From contig JALELK010000107.1 in assembly GCA_022768745.1 (NCBI GenBank), positions 90,326 to 154,325 on the forward strand: DNA of 64,000 nucleotides. Direction: 5' to 3'. The first letter of the stretch is position 1; the number at the start of each line of letters is the position of its first letter. This document shows, in pieces, positions 49,420-60,289 of this stretch. This DNA comes from Lachnospiraceae bacterium. GTDB taxonomy: Bacteria > Bacillota > Clostridia > Lachnospirales > Lachnospiraceae. Below the pieces are notes generated by a model that ran no database searches, was not told where the DNA came from, and saw nothing but the letters and a program-made list of their open reading frames with translations. A program made the position numbers and the translations under genes.

Positions 49420-49448
49420 ATTATAGCAAAGAGATATACAAAAATCAA
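49420..49448 (-). promoter_or_regulatory. SigA promoter of rpmB
   Basis: Minus strand TTGATT-17 bp-TATAAT with an extended TG. Confidence 0.7.
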
Positions 49449-49560
49449 CAACTTTTTTTATAAAATATAGTACATTTAAAATATTCATTGTAATTTGAAA
49501 AAAATAGATTATAATATATAGTGCAATTATAAAGTGGACATATTTTGTGGAGGTATAAAT

Positions 49561-49920
49561 ATGCAAGGTCAAATGGAAACCAAATTAGGCAAAATTGTGA
49601 TTGATACAGATGTCATAGCGACTTATGCAGGTTCTGTTGCTGTAGAGTGCTTTGGTATTGTTGGTATGGCTGCCGTTAATATGAAAGATGGTTTGGTTAA
49701 ACTCCTGAAAAAGGATTATTTGAACCATGGCATTGCTGTTGAATTAGATGAGAATAATGAAATTACATTAGATTTTCATGTGATTATTTCCTATGGTGTC
49801 AGCATTGCCACTGTCTCAGATAACTTAATGGAGACCGTTAAGTATAAAGTAGAAGCGTTTACCGGTATGAAGGTAAAGAGTATGAACATTTACGTTGAAG
49901 GCGTAAGAGTAATTGACTAA
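49561..49920 (+). CDS. Asp23/Gls24 family protein (YloU-like)
   Basis: ECFGIVGMA and YGVSI...VKY.VE..TG motifs; rpmB/yloU/yloV synteny. Confidence 0.92.
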   Translation: MQGQMETKLGKIVIDTDVIATYAGSVAVECFGIVGMAAVNMKDGLVKLLKKDYLNHGIAVELDENNEITLDFHVIISYGVSIATVSDNLMETVKYKVEAFTGMKVKSMNIYVEGVRVID

Positions 49921-49934
49921 GGAGGACTTTCGAG

Positions 49935-51605
49935 GTGGAAATCAATACAATTAATGCGTCTCAACTTTCAAAGATGTTTTTAGCTGGGGCAAAAAATCTT
50001 GACGCAAAAAAAGAATGGATTAATGAGTTGAATGTATTTCCGGTTCCTGATGGAGATACCGGTACCAATATGTCTATGACAATTATGGCTGCGGCAAAGG
50101 AAGTAAGTGCCCTGGAACAGCCGGATATGAAAACACTTTCAAAGGCAATTTCTTCCGGTTCCCTGAGAGGCGCGAGAGGTAACTCCGGCGTTATTTTGTC
50201 TCAGTTGCTTCGGGGATTTACAAAGGTAATCAAAGAAGTAGACGAGATTGATGTTGATATTTTGTGTGAAGCGATTCAGCGTGCTGTAGAGACTGCATAT
50301 AAAGCGGTTATGAAGCCAAAAGAAGGTACCATTCTTACTGTGGCAAGAGGAGCTGCTGACAAGGCATTAGAGCTTGTAGATACCACAGATGATTTACTTT
50401 ATTTCATTGATGAAGTTATCAAGGAAGCGGATCATGTTTTGAGCAAGACACCGGATATGTTACCTGTTTTAAAACAGGCAGGTGTGGTTGATTCCGGTGG
50501 ACAGGGCTTGATGCAGGTTTTAAAAGGAGCACAGGATTGTCTCCTGGGCAAAGAAATCGATTACACTATTGAGGAGGCTTCATCATCTTCAGGAGTGATG
50601 AAAATCTCCGCTGAGACCGAACAGGAAATCAAATTTGGTTATTGTACAGAGTTTATTATTGTTTTGAATAAGCCTTTGACAGACAAAGAGGAAAAGGAGT
50701 ACAAGGCATATTTAGAGTCTATTGGCGATTCTATTGTTGTAGTTGCTGATGATGAGATTGTAAAGACCCATGTACATACCAATGATCCGGGTCTGGCGAT
50801 TCAGACCGCATTGACACATGGTTCTCTGAGCAAAATCAAGATTGACAATATGAGAGAAGAGCATCAGGAACGCTTAATTAAAGATGCTGAGAAGCAGGCA
50901 AAAGCCCAGCAGGAGGAACCAACTACAGAAGTAGTTACCCCGGAAAAAGAGATGGGATTTGTTGCGGTATCCATCGGTGAAGGTTTAGGCTCTATCTTTA
51001 CAGAGTTAGGCGTTGATCACATGATAGAAGGTGGTCAGACTATGAATCCGAGTACCGAGGATGTATTGGATGCTATTCAAAAAGTTCCGGCAAAAACAGT
51101 ATTTGTTCTTCCGAACAATAAAAACATTATTTTGGCAGCCAATCAGGCAGCATCCTTATGCGAGGACAGGGAAGTGATTGTACTTCCTACAAAGACCATT
51201 CCTCAGGGAATTACAGCATTGATTAATTTTATTCCGGAGCAGTCGGCTGAGGAAAACAAAGAACGTATGCTTGAGGAAATTGAAAATGTCAAAACCGGTC
51301 AGGTAACATATGCTGTTCGAGACACTGTTATTGACGGCAAAGAGATTTCCGAAGGTGATTATATGGGAATTGGAGATGCAGGAATCATTTCCGTAAACTC
51401 CAATATTCAAAAAGCCTTTGTTGAAATGATTGAGGGAATGTTAGATGAGGAATCCTCAATTATAAGTGTTTATTATGGACAGGATGTAACAAAAAAAGAT
51501 GCTGAAAAGATGGTAAAAGCAGTTTCAAAGAAATTCCCGGAAGTTGAAGTAGAACTTCAGCCAGGTGGTCAACCGGTTTACTATTACATTGTTTCAGTAG
51601 AATAG
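49935..51605 (+). CDS. fakA: DAK2-domain fatty acid kinase subunit A (YloV)
   Basis: LNVFPVPDGDTGTNM, GARGNSG, HVHT and GGQTMNPS motifs. Confidence 0.93.
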   Translation: MEINTINASQLSKMFLAGAKNLDAKKEWINELNVFPVPDGDTGTNMSMTIMAAAKEVSALEQPDMKTLSKAISSGSLRGARGNSGVILSQLLRGFTKVIKEVDEIDVDILCEAIQRAVETAYKAVMKPKEGTILTVARGAADKALELVDTTDDLLYFIDEVIKEADHVLSKTPDMLPVLKQAGVVDSGGQGLMQVLKGAQDCLLGKEIDYTIEEASSSSGVMKISAETEQEIKFGYCTEFIIVLNKPLTDKEEKEYKAYLESIGDSIVVVADDEIVKTHVHTNDPGLAIQTALTHGSLSKIKIDNMREEHQERLIKDAEKQAKAQQEEPTTEVVTPEKEMGFVAVSIGEGLGSIFTELGVDHMIEGGQTMNPSTEDVLDAIQKVPAKTVFVLPNNKNIILAANQAASLCEDREVIVLPTKTIPQGITALINFIPEQSAEENKERMLEEIENVKTGQVTYAVRDTVIDGKEISEGDYMGIGDAGIISVNSNIQKAFVEMIEGMLDEESSIISVYYGQDVTKKDAEKMVKAVSKKFPEVEVELQPGGQPVYYYIVSVE

Positions 51606-51612
51606 GAGCGTT

Positions 51613-53661
51613 ATGGAGTTTTGTACCCCTTTACGTCAGGTGAAAGGCGTAGGAGAAAAAACAGAACAACTATTTCAGAATTTAGGAGTATACACCGTTG
51701 GTGATATACTCCTTCATTTTCCCCGGACATATGAAGAGTTCTCGGAACCTTTGCAGGCTACGGAGGAGTATAGTGGTCAGCTGATAGCTGTCAGGGGAAA
51801 AATTGAGACACCGGCGAAAGTCAGGAAGGTGCGAGGTAATCTAAGTATTACCACAGCCACAGTTTTTAGTGGAAGCTCCGTGGTGGAGTGCGTCTGGTTT
51901 CATATGCCCTATTTGGCAAAACAGATTTCTTGCCAGACAGATATGATTTTTTATGGTGTTTTGGAGGTGGAAAATCACCGATTAAAAATGAGACAACCGG
52001 TGGTTTACTCTATAGAAAAATATCAATCTATGATGTTTTCTATGCAGCCAATTTATCCATTGGTGAAGGGGCTGAACAACACATTGGTGAGAAAAACGAT
52101 ACAAAATGTGTTTGATAATATCGGTGATACTGCAGATGGGCTTTTGCCGGAGTTTGCTTTGGAACGGGAACAAATGCCTTCGTATACAGATGCCCTTAGA
52201 ATGCTTCATTTTCCTCAAAACAGGCTAGAACTTTCCAAGGGGAGAGGCAGACTGGTATATCAGGAATTTTTTTACTATATTTTATATAGCCGGCTTCAGG
52301 AGATTGGGCAGGGAAATATAAAAAATACATGGGATTTTTCTGATGGTTCCATCGTTAATCAGGTGAAAGCACAGCTTCCGTATCAGCTCACTGACGGACA
52401 GGAGAGTACATTAGATGAAATTTGTCAGGATTTGAGGAAACCCTGGATTTCTCAAAGGCTAATTCAGGGAGATGTTGGGTCAGGGAAAACCATCATTGCA
52501 TTTTTGGCAATGCTTGATGTGGTTTCAAGCGGGTATCAGGCCGCGATTATGGCTCCTACAGAAGTCCTTGCAAGACAGCACTATGAATCCTTTAAAAAGA
52601 TGTGCAGAGACTTCCAACTGCCATATCAGGTTGTGTGTTTGACAGGCTCCCAGACAGCTAAGGAAAAACGGCAAAGCTATGACATAATTGCGCGTACACC
52701 GGGGCTCTTGATTGTGGGAACTCATGCTTTGATTCAGGAAAAAGTTCAATATAACAGACTAGCTCTGGTTATTACAGATGAACAACATCGCTTTGGAGTC
52801 AGACAGAGAGAAACTTTGCTGGAAAAGGGAGAGACTCCTCATATGGTTGTTATGAGCGCTACGCCGATTCCAAGAACTTTGGCTATGATCTTGTATGGAA
52901 ATATGCAGATTTCTGCCATCCATGATAAGCCTCAGAACCGATTGCCCATCAAAACCTGTGTTATCAAGGAACGACTGAGAAATAAAGCCTATGAAATGAT
53001 TGCATCCCAGATATCTGAAGGAAGACAGGCTTACATTATTTGTCCGTTGGTGGAGGCTAACGAGAAGACAGAGGCGGAAAATGTACAGGACTATGTTAAC
53101 AAGCTAAGGGAAATGCCGTTGTTTTCCTGCTCCATTGAAGCTTTGCACGGTAGAATGCCTGCAAAAAAGAAAAATCAGGTGATGGAGGATTTTGCAGCCG
53201 GGAAAATATCGATTTTGGTATCCACAACAGTAGTTGAAGTAGGAGTCAACGTGCCGAATGCCACGGTGATTTTAATCGAAGATGCCAATCGATTTGGATT
53301 GGCGCAGCTTCATCAGTTGAGAGGCCGGGTTGGACGTGGGAAATGGCAATCATACTGTATTTTGATGGATAAAAGTAAGGGAGAAAAAATCACGGAACGA
53401 TTAGAGGTTATGAATCAATCTGAGGATGGATTTTTTATTGCCAAAGAGGATTTGCGTCTAAGAGGTCCCGGAGATTTCTATGGAATACGACAGAGTGGGG
53501 AATTGAATTTTAGATTGGCGGATATTATTGGAGATTCAGAAGTATTGGAACAAGCGGCGAGAGATGTAGATGTATTTTTGGAACAATCAGAAATGGAAAA
53601 TTATCCACGGATGAAAGAAATGCTATCAGATTTTGAGAGATTGAACCATATAGTCTTATAA
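51613..53661 (+). CDS. recG: ATP-dependent DNA helicase RecG
   Basis: QGDVGSGKT, DEQHRFG, SATPIPR and QLRGRVGRG motifs. Confidence 0.97.
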   Translation: MEFCTPLRQVKGVGEKTEQLFQNLGVYTVGDILLHFPRTYEEFSEPLQATEEYSGQLIAVRGKIETPAKVRKVRGNLSITTATVFSGSSVVECVWFHMPYLAKQISCQTDMIFYGVLEVENHRLKMRQPVVYSIEKYQSMMFSMQPIYPLVKGLNNTLVRKTIQNVFDNIGDTADGLLPEFALEREQMPSYTDALRMLHFPQNRLELSKGRGRLVYQEFFYYILYSRLQEIGQGNIKNTWDFSDGSIVNQVKAQLPYQLTDGQESTLDEICQDLRKPWISQRLIQGDVGSGKTIIAFLAMLDVVSSGYQAAIMAPTEVLARQHYESFKKMCRDFQLPYQVVCLTGSQTAKEKRQSYDIIARTPGLLIVGTHALIQEKVQYNRLALVITDEQHRFGVRQRETLLEKGETPHMVVMSATPIPRTLAMILYGNMQISAIHDKPQNRLPIKTCVIKERLRNKAYEMIASQISEGRQAYIICPLVEANEKTEAENVQDYVNKLREMPLFSCSIEALHGRMPAKKKNQVMEDFAAGKISILVSTTVVEVGVNVPNATVILIEDANRFGLAQLHQLRGRVGRGKWQSYCILMDKSKGEKITERLEVMNQSEDGFFIAKEDLRLRGPGDFYGIRQSGELNFRLADIIGDSEVLEQAARDVDVFLEQSEMENYPRMKEMLSDFERLNHIVL

Positions 53662-53675
53662 TGATTTTTCTACTT

Positions 53676-53706
53676 AAAAAGGAATGCCCCAGGGCATTCC
53701 TTTTTT
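53676..53706. terminator. Bidirectional terminator between recG and the SASP gene
   Basis: AAAAAGGAATGCC-ccag-GGCATTCCTTTTTT. Confidence 0.88.
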
Positions 53707-53902
53707 AACTCATTTTATCCTGCTGGGTTTTTATCATTTGGTCCACCAGATAATCACCTATAGAGGGATTATCCTTGGCAGAAGGTCGCGGATGGGTGCG
53801 TTTTCCTTTATATAAACCCAATTCGTCAGCAAGTTCGTATTTGAAGCGTTCCAAAGCTGATTTGGCGGCAGGAGTGGATGAAGATTTCTTTGGCCTTGAC
53901 AT
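53705..53902 (-). CDS. Alpha/beta-type small acid-soluble spore protein-like (divergent)
   Basis: ALERFKYELADELG matches SASP helix 1; AAGGAGG precedes the ATG at 53902. Confidence 0.75.
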   Translation of the reverse strand: MSRPKKSSSTPAAKSALERFKYELADELGLYKGKRTHPRPSAKDNPSIGDYLVDQMIKTQQDKMS

Positions 53903-54005
53903 GCGAACCTCCTTATACAAAACGCGATAATCAGGTTACACATATAGTATATGAAGTCAAACCCTGCCTTAGCCTAGAACAAATTTCATAAACTGTATGT
54001 ATTTG

Positions 54006-55751
54006 TTATTGGACTAAGGTGACACCAGTGAGAGAAGGAGACGCCATCATAGAGTAGTTTGTGTAGTAAACTACAAATCCGGGGGCGGAACCATTTGGTT
54101 TTTTTACATTTTTTTTCTGCAAATAGTCAATCTCTACTTTATCGTTTTCACGTCCGCTGGAATAGTATGCAGCTAATGCGGCGGCGTATTCAAAAGAGGA
54201 GTCAGGAAGTTCTTTTCCCTCTGTTTTTACAATTACATGAGAGCCCGGAATTCCCTTGGTATGAAACCACCAATCATTTCCTGTAGCAATTTTAAAGGTG
54301 AGATAATCGTTTTGGTAGTTATTTTTTCCTACATATATGTGGAAGCCGTTGCTATCAATGAAATGTAAGGGCTTACTTTTTTCCTGTTTTGCTTTCTTTT
54401 TTCCACCGTGCTTTTTGATGAAACCATAGTCACAGAGTTCTTCCCTGATAGCGGATAAATCTGCATCGTTTTCCGCAATATCTAAAGCGGCACTAATGGA
54501 TTCCAAATGGGCGATCTGCTGTTTTGTTTCCACGATATATTGAGAAAGGGCTTCACTGGTACGCTTTAACTTGGCGTACTTATCAAAATATTTTTTGGCA
54601 TTCTCCATAGGGTTTAACTGCTCATCCAGTGGAATCGTCAGTTCTTCATTGGTGTAATAGTTGGTGACAGTTGTCTTCTTTGCTCCCGGAGCAATCTGAT
54701 ATCCGTAAGTGTGCAACATTTCTCCGTAGATGCGATATTTATCTTTTTTTTCTGTATCTTCCAATTGCTTTTTCTGCAACTGGTATTTTTTGTAATCCCT
54801 CTCCAAGTGTATGGAAATGATTTTCCTTAAATCGGAGGATTTTTGGCGAATATTGGTATATTGATTTCTCTGGGCATAATATATTTGTAAAAGTTCTGAT
54901 ACGGATTCAAATTCTGTAGCATTCATATCAGCATACATAGTAAGTGGAAGAGATGCAAATTCCACCGGGGATGAATTTTGAGGATTATAATAAATGGTGG
55001 GGTGGAAATTTCCCTGTTCCATATCTGCAAGAATATTTTTGAATTCCTGAAACAAAGCTTCTTTTTGGTTTGAAGATAAGGAGGCTGTGGCAGCGTCTCC
55101 ATCCAAAGCACATCGATTGGACAGCTCTAATGCCATAACCGGTGAAAAGCCAACCAGAGAGGTATAAATAGCTTTTACAATAGAAGTTGGTTTTGTACAA
55201 ACAGTATTTATAAATGTATCCTCATCTATTTCCCATGGGTTAAATTTCCCCTCCTGTGTAGGGATAAAGTAAGGTCTTCCAGGTAAAACTTCCCGGACAG
55301 AACTGACCTGAGCAGAGACATGCTTGATACTGTCTATAATGATATTTTCTTCATTGCAGAAAATAATATTACTGTGTTTTCCCATAATCTCTACATACAA
55401 AAATTTAACAGCCGGATCTCCAAGTTCATCTAGATGTTCGATTTTAAAACGTAGTACTCGCTCCAAGGATGGCTGGGTGATTTCGGTAATTCTGCCGTTA
55501 CTGATATGTTTCCTTAAAAGCATACAAAAATTTGGTGCTGTTATAGGACTGGTTTTGTTCTGGTCAGTCATATAAATAAAGGGCAGGGATGCATTTGCGG
55601 AAATCAAAAGACGATTTGCACCGGACAATCCTTTGAAGGTTAAAAGTAATTCCTCTTTTTCAGGCTGAGCAATCTTACCGATTCGCTGTCCCAGCAAAAG
55701 ATTATTCAATTCATGCATCAGACCATTTACTGTAATTCCATCAAAGGCCAT
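54006..55751 (-). CDS. rqcH: RqcH/FbpA (NFACT) ribosome quality-control protein
   Basis: MAFDG start, FCMLLRKH, EIMGKHSNII, GKNN.QND and WFH...PGSHV motifs. Confidence 0.94.
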   Translation of the reverse strand: MAFDGITVNGLMHELNNLLLGQRIGKIAQPEKEELLLTFKGLSGANRLLISANASLPFIYMTDQNKTSPITAPNFCMLLRKHISNGRITEITQPSLERVLRFKIEHLDELGDPAVKFLYVEIMGKHSNIIFCNEENIIIDSIKHVSAQVSSVREVLPGRPYFIPTQEGKFNPWEIDEDTFINTVCTKPTSIVKAIYTSLVGFSPVMALELSNRCALDGDAATASLSSNQKEALFQEFKNILADMEQGNFHPTIYYNPQNSSPVEFASLPLTMYADMNATEFESVSELLQIYYAQRNQYTNIRQKSSDLRKIISIHLERDYKKYQLQKKQLEDTEKKDKYRIYGEMLHTYGYQIAPGAKKTTVTNYYTNEELTIPLDEQLNPMENAKKYFDKYAKLKRTSEALSQYIVETKQQIAHLESISAALDIAENDADLSAIREELCDYGFIKKHGGKKKAKQEKSKPLHFIDSNGFHIYVGKNNYQNDYLTFKIATGNDWWFHTKGIPGSHVIVKTEGKELPDSSFEYAAALAAYYSSGRENDKVEIDYLQKKNVKKPNGSAPGFVVYYTNYSMMASPSLTGVTLVQ

Positions 55752-55828
55752 AAAATTCCCTCCCATATAGCTGTTTTGTTCATCAGATTATTATAAAACA
55801 AAAAGAGTAAAAAACAAAGATAAAAAAA

Positions 55829-55857
55829 TTGACCTTTTCCGGGTCTTTTAATATAAT
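55829..55857 (+). promoter_or_regulatory. SigA promoter of the yicC-gmk operon
   Basis: TTGACC-17 bp-TATAAT. Confidence 0.75.
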
Positions 55858-55918
55858 ATGAATATCTATGCGTAGGTCTATTCCTATGTATAATTGCAAA
55901 ATAGAGGAGACCAAGGAT

Positions 55919-56797
55919 ATGGTTAAGAGTATGACTGGATTCGGTCGTGGGGAAGCACAGGACGAGTTCAGAAAGATTACAATTGAGATGAAATCTGTTA
56001 ATCACAGATATCTGGATTTAAATATTAAAATTCCAAAGAGTTTAAATCCCTTTGAGACAGAAATCAGAAATTACCTCAAATCCAGAATTGTCCGGGGCAA
56101 GGTAGATGTCTACGTGACCTTGGAGACAGCCGCTGATCAGGAATATGTGTTGAAATATAATTCTAAATTGGCAGAGATGTACGTTGAAAATATTAAAGCC
56201 ATGGCGGATGAATTCGGATTGGATTATGATTTGAAGGCTACACATTTATCTCGTTATCCGGATGTCCTGGAAATGGAAGAGGCAGAGGCGGATGAAAGCG
56301 AATTGAAGGCGCTGTTGTTTGAAGCCTTAGAAAAAGCCGCAAATCAATTTGGTGAAAATCGTACAAAGGAAGGTGAGAGACTCCAGAAAGATCTCTTGGA
56401 CAAGATGGATGAGATGTCCGGTTATGTCTCAGTCCTGGAAAAGCGTTCGCCGGAAATAATTGAGGAGTATACTTCGCGTTTGAAAGCAAAGGTGAACGAT
56501 TTGTTAGAGGCCGGACATATTGATGAAAATCGCATTGCTGCGGAGATTGTTTTATACGCTGACAAGGTGTGCATTGACGAAGAGATGGTTCGGTTGCGCA
56601 GTCACATAGAGGAGACAAAGCAAGTACTTTTAAACGATAAAGAAGTGGGACGTAAATTAGATTTTATTGCTCAGGAGATGAATCGTGAGTCCAACACCAT
56701 TTTATCGAAGTCAACCGATGTGGAAATTGCAGGCATTGGTATTTCATTAAAGACATTGATTGAAAAGGTTCGCGAACAAATTCAAAACTTGGAGTAG
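55919..56797 (+). CDS. YicC/YloC family endoribonuclease
   Basis: [28 protein letters not shown] and REQIQNLE motifs. Confidence 0.95.
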   Translation: MVKSMTGFGRGEAQDEFRKITIEMKSVNHRYLDLNIKIPKSLNPFETEIRNYLKSRIVRGKVDVYVTLETAADQEYVLKYNSKLAEMYVENIKAMADEFGLDYDLKATHLSRYPDVLEMEEAEADESELKALLFEALEKAANQFGENRTKEGERLQKDLLDKMDEMSGYVSVLEKRSPEIIEEYTSRLKAKVNDLLEAGHIDENRIAAEIVLYADKVCIDEEMVRLRSHIEETKQVLLNDKEVGRKLDFIAQEMNRESNTILSKSTDVEIAGIGISLKTLIEKVREQIQNLE

Positions 56798-56804
56798 GAC
56801 AGAG

Positions 56805-57056
56805 ATGGCTTTTATAAATATCGGATTTGGAAACATTATAAACACGGACAAAGTGGTGTCCATTGTTACGCCGGATTCTGCACCGGCAAAGAGATTGGTC
56901 CAGAAGGCAAAGGAAGAGGGGAACATCATTGATGCGACCCAGGGGCGCAGAACCCGTGGGATTATCGTCACGGATGCCCATGTGGTACTTTCATCATTAC
57001 AGCCGGATACCATTGCAGGAAGGACGAAAATTACAGAGGGCAAAAAGGAGGAATGA
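56805..57056 (+). CDS. remA: DUF370 / RemA family protein
   Basis: INIGFGN, SAP.KRL and [10 protein letters not shown] motifs. Confidence 0.88.
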   Translation: MAFINIGFGNIINTDKVVSIVTPDSAPAKRLVQKAKEEGNIIDATQGRRTRGIIVTDAHVVLSSLQPDTIAGRTKITEGKKEE

Positions 57057-57060
57057 CATT

Positions 57061-57693
57061 ATGGATAAAAAGGGTTTGATTATTGTATTATCAGGATTTT
57101 CAGGCGCCGGAAAAGGAACCATTATGAAACATTTACTCAAGAAATATCCTGATGCTTACCACCTGTCAATATCTGCCACAACTCGTGCACCGAGACAGGG
57201 GGAAGAGGATGGCAGAGAATACTTCTTCCGGACACAGGAAGAATTTGATGCAATGATTGCAAATAATGAACTGTTGGAATATGCTACCTTTAATGGAAAT
57301 TCCTACGGAACTCCCCGTTCCTATGTAGAAAAACTGGTAGAGGAAGGCAAAGATGTTATCCTTGAGATTGAGATTCAAGGTGCTTTACAGGTAAAAAAAA
57401 TGTATCCTGAGGCGGTTCTTCTATTTGTTATGCCACCGACTGCCAATGATTTAAAAGAGCGTTTGGTGGGCAGAGGAACAGAAACTGCTGATGTGATTGC
57501 TCAGAGGCTGGCCATTTCATCCAGGGAATCCCAGTTTATGTGTGGATATGACTACCTTGTGGTCAACGATGACTTGGCAAAAAGCGTGGAACAAGTGCAT
57601 TCTATCATTTCCAGCGAACATTTTAGAACAGCTAGAAATGAAGATACTATAAAAACAATTCAAAAAGATTTAAAGAAGTTTGAAAGGAGATAG
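57061..57693 (+). CDS. gmk: Guanylate kinase
   Basis: SGFSGAGKGT and SATTR.PR.GE.DG..Y.F motifs. Confidence 0.97.
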   Translation: MDKKGLIIVLSGFSGAGKGTIMKHLLKKYPDAYHLSISATTRAPRQGEEDGREYFFRTQEEFDAMIANNELLEYATFNGNSYGTPRSYVEKLVEEGKDVILEIEIQGALQVKKMYPEAVLLFVMPPTANDLKERLVGRGTETADVIAQRLAISSRESQFMCGYDYLVVNDDLAKSVEQVHSIISSEHFRTARNEDTIKTIQKDLKKFERR

Positions 57694-57697
57694 GAAA

Positions 57698-57952
57698 ATG
57701 TTACATCCATCTTATGTAGAATTAATGAAAGTGGTAAATAATAATATGGAAATCGGTGAGGAACCTGTTGTAAACAGCCGTTACAGTATTGTGTGTGCCA
57801 CAGCAAAAAGAGCAAGACAGCTTATTGACGGACAGGAACCATTAGTTCCTACAGAAAAGGGCGAAAAGCCACTTTCTATTGCAGTTGATGAATTATACGC
57901 CGGAGAGTTACAGATTCTTTCCGAAGATGATGAAGTTGAAGAGGAAGTATAA
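57698..57952 (+). CDS. rpoZ: RNA polymerase omega subunit
   Basis: SRYSIV..TAKRARQL...KPLSIAVDE; follows gmk. Confidence 0.94.
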   Translation: MLHPSYVELMKVVNNNMEIGEEPVVNSRYSIVCATAKRARQLIDGQEPLVPTEKGEKPLSIAVDELYAGELQILSEDDEVEEEV

Positions 57953-59274
57953 TGAAACTTCTTTTTATTTCTCTTGGTTGTGACAAAAATCTTGTGGATT
58001 CGGAGCATATGATTGCTATGATTTCAGAAGATGGGATACAACTGACCAATGATGAGACAGAGGCAGACGTGATTGTGGTCAACAGTTGTTGCTTTATCAG
58101 TGATGCGATGGAGGAAAGTATCCAGACTCTCATTGATATGGGACGATTAAAAGAGACTGCCTCTTTAAAATATTTGATTGTAACCGGATGCCTGGCAGAG
58201 AGATATGCAAAGGAAATACACGAGCAGCTTCCGGAAGTGGATGCAGTAATTGGTACGAATTCCTATGATGAAATTGTAAATACTATTCATCAGCTCAGTG
58301 AAGGGAAAAATGGTGATGTAAAAAAACCACTTGTGAATCTTCCTGATAATTACGCAGGCCGAACCCTTACCACCGGTGGACATTATGCCCACTTAAAGAT
58401 TGCTGAGGGTTGTGATAAGCACTGTACCTACTGTGTAATCCCTTCCATCCGAGGTGGGTATCGGAGTGTTCCTATGGAGAAGCTTTTAGGTGAAGCGACT
58501 ATCCTTGCCAAAAGTGGTGTGCAGGAATTGATTTTGGTTGCCCAGGAAATCACATTATATGGTGTGGATATTTATGGTAAAAAGTCATTGCCGGAATTAC
58601 TCACAAAACTCAGTGAGATTGAGGGAATTCGTTGGATTCGACTTCAGTACTGTTATCCTGAGGAGATTACAGATGAGTTGATTGATACAATGGCGCATAA
58701 TCCAAAAATCTGTCATTACATTGACATCCCGATTCAACATGCAAATGATTGGATTCTGGGGAGAATGGGGAGAAAGACATCTTCAGCGGATATTAAAAAT
58801 ATTGTATCTTCACTTAGAAAGGCGATGCCAGATATTGCCATAAGAACCACCTTGATTTGTGGATTCCCCGGAGAGACAGAAGATATGCATCGAGAGACCA
58901 TGGACTTTGTAAAGGAAATGAAGTTTGATCGCTTAGGATGTTTTGCCTATTCCAGACAGGAGGGAACGCCTGCAGCTGAGTTTGATGATCAGGTGGAAGA
59001 AGAGACAAAAAATCTTTGGGTATCCGAAATTATGGAACTGCAACAGGAGATTTCCGCAGAGTGCAACCGTTCCTTTGAGGGAGTGGTTGTGGATGCCATG
59101 ATTGAGGGCAAAGTAGCAGATGATAACGTATATGTAGGAAGGACCTTCAGAGATGCACCTGATGTGGATGGTCTTGTTTTTATTGAGACAGGTGCTGAGC
59201 TTATGACAGGGGATTTTGTGAAAGTAAAAATCACAGGTTCCTATGAGTATGATTTGATAGGAGAATTAGAATGA
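57952..59274 (+). CDS. rimO: Ribosomal protein S12 methylthiotransferase
   Basis: SLGCDKNLVDSE, KIAEGCDKHCTYC and DAPDVDG motifs. Confidence 0.96.
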   Translation: MKLLFISLGCDKNLVDSEHMIAMISEDGIQLTNDETEADVIVVNSCCFISDAMEESIQTLIDMGRLKETASLKYLIVTGCLAERYAKEIHEQLPEVDAVIGTNSYDEIVNTIHQLSEGKNGDVKKPLVNLPDNYAGRTLTTGGHYAHLKIAEGCDKHCTYCVIPSIRGGYRSVPMEKLLGEATILAKSGVQELILVAQEITLYGVDIYGKKSLPELLTKLSEIEGIRWIRLQYCYPEEITDELIDTMAHNPKICHYIDIPIQHANDWILGRMGRKTSSADIKNIVSSLRKAMPDIAIRTTLICGFPGETEDMHRETMDFVKEMKFDRLGCFAYSRQEGTPAAEFDDQVEEETKNLWVSEIMELQQEISAECNRSFEGVVVDAMIEGKVADDNVYVGRTFRDAPDVDGLVFIETGAELMTGDFVKVKITGSYEYDLIGELE

Positions 59275-59813
59275 ATTTACCAAATAAATTAACAATTTTT
59301 CGAGTGATTTTAATACCGTTTTTTGTTGTTCTTTTATTGCTTGATCCAAGTAATCAGATGTATCGGTATATTTCTTTAGCAATTTTTATTGTAGCCAGTC
59401 TTACAGATATGTTAGATGGTAAAATTGCCCGGAAATATAATCTAGTTACCAACTTTGGAAAGTTTATGGATCCATTGGCAGACAAGCTTTTGGTTTGCTC
59501 AGCTATGATTTGTCTGGTTGAGACAAAGCAGTTGGCAGCATGGATTGTCATCGTGATTATTGCAAGAGAATTTATTATCAGCGGCTTCAGATTAATTGCA
59601 TCTGATAATGGCATTGTAATTGCAGCAAGCTATTGGGGAAAATTCAAAACAGTATTTCAGATGTTGATGATTATTGTTTTGATTGCAAACATTAATCGCC
59701 CTGTATTTATTGTGTTGGGAACCATCCTTACTTATGTGGCATTGGCTCTTACCATTATTTCTCTGGTAGATTACATAGTAAAAAATAAGGATGTATTAAA
59801 AGAACAAAAATAA
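59271..59813 (+). CDS. pgsA: CDP-diacylglycerol--glycerol-3-phosphate 3-phosphatidyltransferase
   Basis: NLPNKLT and D.LDG.IARK....T.FGKFMDPLADK motifs. Confidence 0.96.
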   Translation: MNLPNKLTIFRVILIPFFVVLLLLDPSNQMYRYISLAIFIVASLTDMLDGKIARKYNLVTNFGKFMDPLADKLLVCSAMICLVETKQLAAWIVIVIIAREFIISGFRLIASDNGIVIAASYWGKFKTVFQMLMIIVLIANINRPVFIVLGTILTYVALALTIISLVDYIVKNKDVLKEQK

Positions 59814-59814
59814 T

Positions 59815-60288
59815 ATGGTAAATGAGATTGTAAAGCTTTTATGTGAGAAAAATAAATTTGTCAGTGTTGCTGAGTCTTGTACCGGGGGGATGGTTTCCTC
59901 TGCAATTGTCAACGTTTCCGGCGCATCAGGGTGCTTTTGCGAGGGATATGTCACATATTCCAATGAGGCAAAAGAAAAAAATCTGGGTGTTTCCCACGAG
60001 ACATTAGAAAAGTATGGTGCGGTCAGCGAACAAACTGCAAGGCAGATGGCTCAAGGTGTCAGAAAGCAGGCAGGGGCTGATTTTGGAGTGGCTACAACAG
60101 GGATTGCCGGGCCGGATGGGGGAACCAAGGAGAAACCGGTGGGATTGGTTTATATTGCCTGTGATTCCGCGGCAGGAACCAAGGTTATAAGATGGGTCTT
60201 TTCAGGCAATCGTATGGAAGTCAGATGTCAGGCCACAGACAAAGCATTAGAGCTGTTATTGGAAAGCATCAGAGAATGTGAGGAATGA
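59815..60288 (+). CDS. CinA C-terminal domain / NMN amidohydrolase (PncC)
   Basis: AESCTGG, GAVS and TGIAGP.GG...KPVGLV motifs; the N-terminal CinA domain is absent. Confidence 0.92.
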   Translation: MVNEIVKLLCEKNKFVSVAESCTGGMVSSAIVNVSGASGCFCEGYVTYSNEAKEKNLGVSHETLEKYGAVSEQTARQMAQGVRKQAGADFGVATTGIAGPDGGTKEKPVGLVYIACDSAAGTKVIRWVFSGNRMEVRCQATDKALELLLESIRECEE

Positions 60289-60289
60289 T

